Notes under the pieces: model-generated | The model's input: the letters and a program-made list of their open reading frames with translations, nothing else | What the model was told of the DNA's origin: nothing | Database searches by the model: none | Translations under genes and position numbers: made by a program | Part shown: positions 13,808-24,355 of the stretch, piece by piece | How positions within the stretch are numbered: position 1 is the stretch's first letter | Layout of the letters: the number at the start of each line of letters is the position of its first letter | NCBI RefSeq assembly: GCF_006345805.1 | Contig: NC_043011.1 | Coordinates: forward strand, 44,094,464-44,158,463 | Source of the DNA: Octopus sinensis | Lineage: Eukaryota | Reading direction: 5' to 3' | DNA length: 64,000 nucleotides

Positions 13808-14181
13808 AAGGTGGTGCTCCAGCATGGCCACAGTCAAATGACTGAAACAAGTAAAAGAATAAAAGAATTGTTTACAATTGACGGATACTTGTCCTCATCT
13901 TGTTTGTTGTTAACACAACGTTTTGGCTGATATACCCTCCAGCCTTCATCAGGTGTCTTTGGGAAATTTCGAACCTGGGTTCTCATTCCTAAGGTATTTT
14001 TAGGAATGAGAACCCAGGTTTGAATTTCCCCAAGACACCTGATGAAGGCCGGAGGGTATATCAGCCAAAATGTTGTTAACAACAAACAAGATGAGGACAA
14101 ATATCCGTCAATTGTAAATAATTCTTTTATTCTTTTACTTGTTTCAGTCATTTGACTGTGGCCATGCTGGAGCACCACCTT
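13808..14181. repeat. Long fold-back palindrome, 185/182-bp arms, 7-nt loop
   Basis: 13808-13992 is the reverse complement of 14000-14181 with only a handful of differences. Confidence 0.95.
14034..14078 (+). ncRNA. Degenerate minimal type I hammerhead (Penelope-type); mirror copy at 13912-13957 on -
   Basis: GACAC-CUGAUGA-A-GGC(C/U)G...CAGCC-AAAA (G12>A in both arms). A third fragment at 14191 keeps GAAACGUUGUGUU, giving a palindromic ACGU helix III and a GACAC/GUGUU helix I. Confidence 0.55.
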
Positions 14182-14580
14182 ATATCATTTGAAACGTTGT
14201 GTTAACAACAAGCAAGATGAAGTCAAATATCCGTCAAATGTAAATAATGTACATAATTCCACATCTCTTAAATAGAGAACTGTATTAATAAAAGAATTAA
14301 CTGTAAGGTGTTTAGGACTAATTCAAAACAACCATCAAAATGAATCAAAACAAGGGGCAGAAAGTTTCTCATTATAATCCATGAGCGTATGTTAAAGACT
14401 GATCTGAATATTTTTGTTGAATTTACTGTCTTTGGTGGATGTGAGGGCTCTCAAATAGCATCACCAGAATGTCCAAATGTATGTGGCCTTACAACACTGA
14501 CACTCAAAGACAACAGCAGGAATCAAATCTGATGGTGACTTTCTGAACCCCAATTCCATCTGTTTCATCCAATATCCAAC

Positions 14581-14806
14581 TTAACCCTTTCGTTACCAAC
14601 CCGGCTGAAACCAGCTCTGGTTCTAAGTATAAATGTCTTGTTTTCAATAGTTTTGGGCTAAAATCTTCCACCAAACCTTAGTCACAATTTATGTTCCTAA
14701 CACTAGCTTAATGATAACCAAGTTATTTTACTAAATTCTTTATATTTAAAATTAATTGAAAGAAACACAGAGTATCTCAAAATAAATACAGTAATGAAAG
14801 GGTTAA
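14581..14806. mobile_element. piggyBac-like MITE (TTAA-CCCTTT...AAAGGG-TTAA); homologues at 29788-30017 and 39568-39797
   Basis: TTAA flanks, CCCTTT TIRs, three about 228-bp homologous copies. Confidence 0.75.
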
Positions 14807-15265
14807 TGGGATCCAGTTTAACAAGGGTCCACTGAAATAATAATGATTTTGTTTTGCATAGAGAACTGGTGGTGGTGGTGGTGGCAGTGGTCATGGTGAT
14901 AGCGCTAAGAGTGATGATAAGGCTGATGAGGATGGTGGTTGTGCTGATGGTGGTAGCATTGATGGTGGTAGTAGTGGTGGCTATAGCGATGGTAGTGGTA
15001 GTGGTGGTGGTGGTGGTGGTGGTGGTGGTGTAGTTTCAGTGATGAGATGATTCTGGTGATGCTAGTGGTGATGAAATTATAGTGATATTGGTAATGGGAT
15101 AATGACGGTAGGACGACGATGGTGAAGTTGGTTATGGTGATGGTGATAGAGTGGCAAGATGGAGATGATGGCGGTGATGGTGGTGATGGTGGCAGTAAAT
15201 GTTGAATTATAATAAATTACAAAAAAACACTTAACGAACTATGCCCTAATTGCTTTTTTACACAG

Positions 15266-15363
15266 AAACGAAAAACTTCAATTTAGACACTCCCAAGACA
15301 GAACTACATGTGGCGGGGGAGAAGTATTGCCCTTCACGTACATTACATTTCCAAGATCAATGA
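15266..15363 (+). CDS. Candidate (possibly terminal) exon; the phase-1 reading gives TKNFNLDTPKTELHVAGEKYCPSRTLHFQDQ*
   Basis: ctaat branch motif at 15246 plus tgcttttttacacag acceptor; unique sequence between repeats; no homology recognised. Confidence 0.28.
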
Positions 15364-15372
15364 TGGCCTTGC

Positions 15373-16138
15373 ATCTTGCTAGAAATAGAAACCAAACCTC
15401 CCTCAAATGTTGCAGCTGTTCTCTTGAGTTGCCACAAGTTGGAACTCAATTTTGGCTCCCAAATTAGTTTTTTGGGAAACTGATCTTGCTAGAAATAGAA
15501 ACTAAACCACCCTCAAATGCTACAGCTGTTCTCTTGAGTTGCTACAAGTTGGAACTCAATTTTGGCTCCCAAATTAGTTTTTTGGGAAACTGATCTTGCT
15601 AGAAATAGAAACCAAACCTCCCTCCAATGTTGCTGCTGTTCTCTTGAGTTGCCACAAGTTGGAACCCAATTTTGGCTCCCAAATTAATTTTTTGGGAAAC
15701 TGATCTTGCTAGAAATAGAAACCAAACCTCCCTCAAATGTTGCTGCTGTTCTCTTGAGTTGCCACAAGTTGGAACTCAATTTTGGTTCCCAAATTAGTTT
15801 TTTGGGAAACTGATCTTGCTAGAAATAGAAACCAAACCTCCCTCAAATGTTGCTGCTGTTCTCTTGAGTTGCCACAAGTTGGAACTCAATTTTGGCTCCC
15901 AAATTAGTTTTTTGGGAAACTGATTTTGCTAGAAATAAAAACCAAACCACCCTCAAATGTTGCAGCAGTTCTCTTGAGTTGCTACAAGTTGGAACCCAAT
16001 TTTGACTCCCAAATTAGTTTTTGGGAAACTGATTTTGCTAGAAATAGAAACCAAATCACCCTCCAATGTTGTTGTTGTTCTCTTGAATTGCTACAAGCTG
16101 GAACTCAATTTTGACTCCCAAATTAGTTTCCTTGGAAA
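15373..16138. repeat. 110-bp tandem repeat, 7 units
   Basis: cttgctagaaatag recurs at 15375, 15485, 15595, 15705, 15815, 15925 and 16034. Confidence 0.97.
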
Positions 16139-17524
16139 AGTGTTTTGCTTCTTTTAACTCCTAATGCCATTACCAACCTCTGCAAATATTTTTTTCAGTG
16201 ATAGATTTTATTTTAAATGTCCGTTTTTGTGTCATAACCTGTAAACAAAGGTGGAGAGTGTACTCCTCGCTTACATATTTTGTAGTAGAATGTCTTTGGG
16301 TGGTATATTCTGTTAGAATTGTGGATTCTCTGGTTGTAAATGAAAGAGGAATGTTCTACAAATTCTTGCTGCACGACCTTCTCAGATGTTGATTTGCTTA
16401 TAGAAGTCAGATGTTGGAGCTGCACACTAATTCACTCCTTCCATCAAATCAACATCATCCTGTACAGGTATACAGGTACACAGTGTGCTACATGTGAGAT
16501 GTCAGAGTGATTACAAAGCAACATGAGATGAAGTGTTTTGCTCAAGAGCACAATGCAGTACCCAGTTCGGGAATTGAAACCATAATCTCCTGATCATGAG
16601 TGCAATGGCCTAACCACTGGGCCAAGTGCTCTGTGTGGTACACTCTGCTATTAACCTGTGCTCTTAGTGTTTGTGACACCACCACCACCACCACCAGTAA
16701 CATTAGTGGATTGGTAGACTCATTACAGCAATGGAGAAAAAAAATTCCTTGTATTTGATTTGACTCTTAAGGTTCTGAGTTCAAATCCTTCTAAGGTCAA
16801 CTTTGCTTTTCATCCTTTTAGGGTCGATAACATAAAGTACCAATCAAGTACGGGGGGTGGGGGAGTGTGTTGACGATACTAGCGTTTCCCTTCCCTTCAA
16901 AATTGCTGCCCTCGTTCCTAATTTAGACATGTTGTCTTTTGTTTGTTTCTGTAATTATCCCTTTTACATGGTTTTTGTTTAATCCCACACTGTCTTATCC
17001 TGTGCCCCTGTGTCTTGTTTATGTTTCCTCTTGGTGGCTAATAAACAAAACATTATTATTAAGGCGGAGATCTGGCATAATCGTTGGCACACCGGGCAAA
17101 ATGCTTAGCGGTATTTCATCCATCTTTACATTCTGAGTTCGAATTCTGCTGAGGTCAGCTTTGCCTTTCATCTTTTCAGGGTCAATATAAAATTAAGTAC
17201 CAATAAAATAATGTGGTTGATGTAATCAACTAGTCCCCTTCCCTCAAATTTCAAACCTTGTGACTATAGTAGAAAGTGTTATTATTATTATTGTTCTTAT
17301 TATTATTAAGGTAGCAAACTGATAGAATTGTTAGCATACCAGGTGAAATGCTAAGCAGCATTTTGTCTGTCTTTATACTCTGAGTTCCAGTTCCACCAAG
17401 GTCGACTTTGCCTTTCATCCTTTCAGGGGTCGACAAATTAAGTACCAGCGAAACCACTGGGGTCGATGTAATTGACTAGACCCCCTCCACCAAAATTTTC
17501 AGACCTCGTGCCTATAGTAGAAAG

Positions 17525-17559
<35 letters not shown>

Positions 17560-17975
17560 TATCATCATCAGCATCATTCATTATCATTATTAATAATACA
17601 TGCCACATCTTTCCCTTTCCATCTCCACCCACCCACCCACCCACCATATATATCCCATTATGTTGCGTTCCGAAAAGTCTTTGTTTTAAACAGTAACTCC
17701 CTCACCGTCTCCTTTTCACTGAAGTAACGGTGATGGTATGTAGGAGCAGTCCTCTCACTCCACCACCACCGCCATCTCCACCAATGTGTCCTTTAATTTA
17801 CTTTCATGTATTGTTGGTATTACAGCAACAATTGCTTTTGATCTTAATGTTGTTGTTGTCGTTGTCGTCGTTATACTAAACAATGTTGTGTGTGTTCTTG
17901 CTTGTATTTGCGGATGTGTTGGCATTTATGATGTGTGTGTGTGTGTGTGTCTCTCTCTCTCTCTGAATATGTGTG

Positions 17976-18010
<35 letters not shown>

Positions 18011-18437
18011 TATGAATATAGGGTAAATAATTATTAATTTAATAATTAATAAATTTTACCAAGTAGCGTCGGTATGGAACAAAAAAAAACATTATCAGTA
18101 AAAACTTATACAAAAAGTGTTTTTTATAATTATAAGCATAATTAAGGGTTTAGCAACAAGTTGTTTCACCACATACTGAAAATTTAGAAATAGCAGTCAA
18201 AACAGCTAATTCTTCTAACTACAATATATCTCCACAGACAGCAATACTTGCAACTCACATAGGCAAAAAGAAGGAAAAAATTTAGTGAAACTAACCAGTC
18301 TTCGATTAATCATGTATGCGTTTCGGGATTAGAATTGTAAAACTCATTTCCGTCTTCAGCATGGTATTTCAAGATTATAAATTTTCTTCTTTTTGCCTAT
18401 GTGAGTTACAAGCATTGCTGTCTGTGGAGATATATGC

Positions 18438-18512
<75 letters not shown>

Positions 18513-18781
18513 TAATGTAAAAAATAAATAACACTGAAGCAAAATAACACCAAATATACAGTATGTGTGTTTTTATTGGCTAAACTGGCAAAATGACCAT
18601 TCCGAAATATAACAATATATATATATATATATATATATACCAAGAAAGTTAGGGGTTGTGAATCCAACCCACTAAGGGATAATACCCAATTATTAATACA
18701 CAAGTGTTTTTAATTGCAATGCAATAAACTTACTTATACTAAATGGGTGAATGTAAAGAAATATTTTACCATTAATTTATA

Positions 18782-18935
18782 TTGCAAATAAGAAAATGGA
18801 GAAGCACATTAGTTGATTCATCAACTTTAGGATATTAGAATGTTGACTTGTCGTTTTGATAAATAAATAAGTCAACATTTTAATTTCTTAAAGTTGATGA
18901 ACCAACTAATGTGCTTCTCCATTTTCTTATTTGCA

Positions 18936-18936
<1 letters not shown>
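18782..18936. repeat. Fold-back palindrome, 68-bp arms, 19-nt loop
   Basis: ttgcaaataagaaaatggagaagcacattagttg... versus ...caactaatgtgcttctccattttcttatttgcaa. Confidence 0.92.
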
Positions 18937-18977
<41 letters not shown>

Positions 18978-19202
18978 TAATAAATAAAATATATGCATAC
19001 ATACAAACATATATGTATGTACCGACATCTACATGTATATATACATGCATATATAAATATATATATACGGACAGGACACCACAAAAAGACGTAAAAATCA
19101 ACAGAAACGAAAACGGAAAAGCCATTTTGTTACAACAGAAGGACAGAGACGTGGAACAAGACGAAAACAGGAAAAACATTATGTACAGCAGGAAAACGAA
19201 GT

Positions 19203-19286
19203 ACAGGACATGCTACACAGGAAAAATCCCCTTCATCAGCTGTCAGCTAGCAGACATAGCATGTTTCGAAGGCAAGACAGGACACG
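19203..19286 (-). ncRNA. Strand-permuted hammerhead-like motif in an unrelated element
   Basis: Minus strand reads CGUGU-C-CUGUC-UUG-CCUUC-GAAACAUG ... GACAG-CUGAUGA-AGGGG ... UAGCAUGU-C-CUGU. Confidence 0.55.
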
Positions 19287-19908
19287 TCCTGTCAAATTAC
19301 TAATGAGCACATAAATGGACCCTTATCTCTGAGGTTTCTGTTATTAAATTGATGAAGGATGAAAACCACTCTTCCTGGAGTGTATGCTAGTCTTTTACAT
19401 GTAACTCTCCTTGTGAGAAATGAAACAATCTTGGTTGGGCAATGACTTGCTTGTTTGATTATTGAGTGTAGCCACTGTCCGTATCGGTACCTTTATATTC
19501 CACGATGTGGTACCTACTTACAGCTAAGTGAACTGGGCTGCTGACAGTTAAGTATGTTGGTCATGGACACAGTTTGGTATCTACTTACAGTCAGATAGAC
19601 TGGACTATTGACAGTTAAGTGACTTGACCAAGGGTACAATACAGTGAATTATATGACACTGTAGTACCTATTTACAGCTAGGTGAACTGGACTGTTGACA
19701 GTTAAGTGTATTTGGGTCAGGGATACTGTACAGTGGACTAGACCGCAGTGTGGTATCCACTTGCAGCCTAGTGGCCTGGAATGGGACATTTCTCTCCAGC
19801 CAGATGCCATTAATTTGAAGCCTGTAATAATAACTGTCTTTAGTGGGATATGAACTTGTGATAAAGAATTACTAGTAGATTATATAAGTTGTGACTTGTG
19901 AAATAACC

Positions 19909-19941
19909 ATGACAACTTCAGAGATGGATCTACTTTGTGAG
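19909..19941 (+). CDS. Candidate first coding exon MTTSEMDLLCE (putative exon 19844-19941)
   Basis: ctgtctttag acceptor at 19843, accATGA start, GAG/gtaacc donor in phase 0. Loosely resembles myosin V exon 1 (MAASELYTK) and is phase-compatible with 28546. Confidence 0.3.
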
Positions 19942-21477
19942 GTAACCTTGGCAACAGAACAATATTTCTACATTGATTAATTCGTTTTCTGTCTATAAAT
20001 ATTGATTCTTTTCTCGCCTGCTGTACCGTTTCCTCAGCACAAACACTGACCTTGTTTTAAATTATTGTTAAGCTGGTAGTGGTCAGTACCCCACCCACTG
20101 TATCGAGGGGGTGGGGTACTGACCTGAAGACTAAGAATTAAAAAAAAAAAAACTTTGAGTACTTTTTAGTAGTCTGTATTCTTCAGTGGTTACTTCATGG
20201 AAGTTTTCAAATGGTTTGGCCACACATGTTAACATTCTGGCACCTTCAGTCATGCTGCCAAATTATCAAAACCCTTGTTTGAATTGGCTAAATACTGAAC
20301 TCATAACTTCAGGTTTATGAACACAGCTCTGTGGCCTGGTCTTTCTTCTTAGGACACATAGACTGGTTTCTAACTGAGTTTAACCCTTTAGCATTGCACT
20401 GGTCATATCTAGTGAAAATTTCCTACCTGTTTCCTGTTCAAACTGGCCAAACTGGCCAAATATTGTCAGGCCACTAGGCTGCAAGTGGATACCACACTGC
20501 GGTCTAGTCCACTGTACAGTATCCCTGACCCAAAATTTCCTACCTGTTTCCTGTTCAAACTGGTTCAAACTGTCTCCCTCATCTACTCTGCAATGTCATT
20601 TTAAAAGTAAACAATCACTTTATTGAAATCTCAAAGCTACAAGATAAGGAATGATCAATTCAAAACAATGTGAATAAATAAGCATTACATCTGACAGTTA
20701 AATCTTTTCAGTGCTGGATTACAACAGGTGTTTGAGATATGGCTTTGCTGAGAGACCAAGTTCATAACTGATTGGCCAAGCCCAAAATCTCCGCAGAGAC
20801 TTCTTCATAGGTTTTCCATGTATCTCCTTCAACAAACTTCTTAATATCTCAAAGATAGTCACCACTGTTGTTAAAATAAAGGCTATCCCGAGGCAACACA
20901 TTTATTGAGAAGAGCATATAGTTAGTTCCTATTTCTTAACTGCCCACAAGGGGCTAAACACAGAGTGGACAAACGGATTAAGTCGATTACACCGACTCCA
21001 GTGCGTAACTGGTACTTATTTAATCGACCCCGAAAGGATGAAAGGCAAAGTCGACCTCGGCGGAATTTGAACTCAGAACGTAACAGCAGACGAAATACGG
21101 CTACACATTTCGCCCGGCATGCTAACGTATCTGCCAGCTCGCCTAGTTCCCTTGACCTCAGTATCTTACTGGTATTTTTCCAAATCGGTCACAGAGTAGG
21201 TAAAACACAGCCAGTGATTGTCATTTAGCCTGGTGTTTCTCTGTTTAATTTTTTACTTACAGCTAACTGGTTTGAACTGCTGACAGTGAAGTGTCTTGGC
21301 TGTGGGACACTGTACAGTGGTCTACATACAGCCAGGTAGCCTGGACTGTTGACAATTAAGTGACTTGGCCATGGACACAGTACAGTGAATTATACTACAC
21401 TGTAGTACCTATTTACGGCTAGGTGGACTGGAGTGTTGACTGTTAAGTGTATCTGGGTCAGGAATGCTTTTACTTGA

Positions 21478-21744
21478 TTGGTTACCGCTATCTCCTGTGA
21501 CTCTCTGATTGGTCACCTGCATGTCATGTGATTGGTCACCTCCATGTCTTGTAATTGGTTACTTCCATGTCATGTGATTGCTCACCTTGTTCTGTGATTG
21601 GTCACTTCCATATCCTGTTATTGGTCACTTCCATGTCCTGTGATTGATTACCTCCATGTCATGTGATTGGTCACTTCCACATCATGTGGTTGGTCTCTTC
21701 CGTGTCCTGTGATTGGTCACCTCCATACCATGTGACTATATAAA
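21478..21744 (+). promoter_or_regulatory. 23-bp tandem array of inverted CCAAT boxes ending in a TATA box (candidate promoter or LTR-like enhancer)
   Basis: 8 perfect ATTGG in 11 units, then TATATAAA at 21737-21744, TCAGT at 21760 and TTAGT at 21770. Confidence 0.4.
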
Positions 21745-23233
21745 GGTTCCCTTGTTTACTCAGTAGCTGTTAGTATTTAATCCTATCTTCAGTCCTGATC
21801 AGGCAAACTTGTAATCAACAATGTTCCAACCATGACCATCCTTTCTTTACTCAGACAGTATATTTAAAAACAGGATTGTACTATTCACTACATATTTCAA
21901 TTATAAATACAAACAACACAAAATAATAATAATAATAATAAAAGTGCTGGTTTGTTATTTGAGGTGATTATGGTACCATTTCTTGTAGTTTTCAGTGACC
22001 ATACAGCGGTTCTGTTGTCAGCTTGTTAACATCATTGGTGCGTGTATCTGTGACGGTGATCGCTACTTCTCTGCCGTGAACACAAATCAATACTCATCAG
22101 CATTGAAAATAATTGCTTCCCACAAATGGTTCACTGTTCAGTGTGTTTACTGTGGTATTACCTATTGATTTCTCTGTTCCTGATCGCTATTTATAGTTCA
22201 CTCCGTACAAGAGCTGCTTTCGATTAATCCAGCTGATTCTCCTCACGTCAGGCCTATTAAACCTCCACCTTCTCTCCATCTCCTCCTGCTCTTCCTCTTT
22301 CTTCCTATTTGGTTACGTCCTGTTGTGGTTGGTGTGCTTTCATCCTAGATCAACCCCCCTTTTTTTTTTATTTCTTCACCTTTCTACTATATGCACAAAG
22401 TCTGAAAGTTTGGGGGAAAGGGGAAAGGAGTCGACTGATTGCATCGCTCCCAATGCTTGACTGGTGCTTTATTCTATTGACCCCAAAAGAATGAAAGGTA
22501 AAGTTGACGTTGGTGAAATTTGAACTCAGAATGTAAAGAAGGACAAAATGCCACTTAGCATTTTGCCTGGCCTGCTAATGATTCTGCCAGCTCATTACCT
22601 TAATACTACTACTACTAATAATGATGATGATGATGATAATCCTTTCTACTATAGGCACAAGGCCTAAAATTTGGGCAATGGGGATGAGTCGATTACATCA
22701 ACCCCAGTGCATAACTGGTACTTAATTCATCGACCCCCAAAAGGATGAAAGGCAAAGTTGACCCCGGCAGCATTTGAACTCAGAACGTGAAGACAGATGA
22801 AATACCACTAAGTGTTTCACCTTGCGTGCTAACAGTTCTGCCAGCTCGCTGCCTTAATAGTAATGATAATAACAAGGATAGTGGTTTCAAATTTTGGCAC
22901 AAGGCCAGCAATTTCAGGGGAGAGGGTAAGTCAATTATATGGACCCCAGTACTCAACTGGTATTTATTTTATTGACCCACAAAAAGATTTTCAAAATATT
23001 ATTTTCAAATCTTGGCACAAGGCCAGTAATTTCCAGGGAGGGGGTAAGTTGATTACATCAACCCCAGTATTCAACTGGTACTTATTTTATTGACTACAAG
23101 AAGGATGGGAGGTAAAGTCAACCTCAGTGGAATTTGAACTCAGAGCATGGAGATGGATGAAATGTCGCTAAGCTTTTTATCTGTCACAATAACAATTCTG
23201 TCACCTTGCTACCTTAGTAATAATAATTATAAT

Positions 23234-23592
23234 AACAAGCACTCAGAGAGTGCAAACCTCCGCTAAGGCAACACCAACATCCTCTCAATAATTAGCCAGA
23301 GATGATTTTTAAAATGAGAATATGTGAAATAAACTCAATTGCTCTCACAAACATGGATACTAAAAATGAACCTGACTGCTTTCAAAACTTAGGTAAAAAA
23401 AAAACTGGAAAAATAATCCAGAATCCTTGTCCGGTACTGGATGGATCCCAAAATCTGATCAGTTCATGCCAAACATCCCTGAAAGTTTCATCTGAATCCA
23501 TCCAGTGGTTCTTGAGATATCTTCTCCACAGACAGACAAGCAAACGAACATGACTGAAAACAATACCTCCGCCTTCACTAAGGCGGAGGTAA
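23234..23592 (-). mobile_element. Non-autonomous Helentron/DINE-1-like element
   Basis: acctccgc sub-terminal repeat at 23256, terminal palindrome acctccgccttcactaaggcggaggt, AA/TT-rich flanks. Confidence 0.5.
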
Positions 23593-24288
23593 TAATTGTA
23601 CTGATTTGATTTATATTCTTAAAAAGCATCCAGAATATGAATGGAAACATAGTGACACAAAAGTAGATATGCCTCTTTGACTTTGTTTCCTCATAACTTT
23701 TGGAAAAATAGATATTTTTCAATGAAATTTTTAACATATGCCTTTCAGATATTATAGATTTTGGTTATATCAGAATCTACTGTTAAAAAAGTTGTTTTGG
23801 AAGTGGTGGTTAGAGGGGTTTCGGATAATTCACACAAATCAACTTTGTTTCCTCATAACTTGGAGAAGAGTTTTTTATTTCAGTCATTTGACTGCGGCCA
23901 TGCTGGAGCACTGCCTTTAGTCAAACAAATTGACCTCAGGACTTATTCTTTGTAAGCCTAGTACTTATTCTATCAGACTCTTTTGTCAAACCGCTAAGTT
24001 ACAGGTACGTAAGCACACCAACATCGGCTGTCAAGCAATGGTGGGGGGACAAACACAGACACACAAACATATACATACATGTATATCATCATCATCATCA
24101 TCATCATCGTCTGCTTTCCATGCTAGCATGGGTTGGACGATTCAACTGGGGTCTGGGAAGCCAGAAGGCTGCACCAGGCCCAGTCTGATCTGGCAATGTT
24201 TCTACGGCTGGATGCCCTTCCTAACGGCAACCACTCTATGAGTGTAGTGGGTGCTTTTTATGTGCCACCGGCACAGGTGCCAGATGAG

Positions 24289-24355
<67 letters not shown>

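Noticed and set aside
14870-15200. Gly/Asp-rich (GGT/GAT)n tracts here and at 41500-42060 as low-complexity proteins
   Set aside because: Cryptic simple repeats with no exon context.
15237-15284. NYA-LIAFLHR-NEKLQ reading that resembles the myosin relay motif
   Set aside because: A 7-residue insertion and no flanking myosin similarity; most likely chance.
15373-16138. CRISPR-like appearance of the 110-bp and 33-bp arrays
   Set aside because: Units repeat end to end with no unique spacers; eukaryotic context with no cas genes.
16213-16425. 70-aa minus-strand ORF in unique-looking DNA
   Set aside because: No recognisable domain and no convincing acceptor/donor pair.
23738-23920. YYRFWLYQ...FWK reading as possible myosin exon 2
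   Set aside because: Trp spacing and phase do not match RVWIPD...VW, and the frame runs into a SINE.
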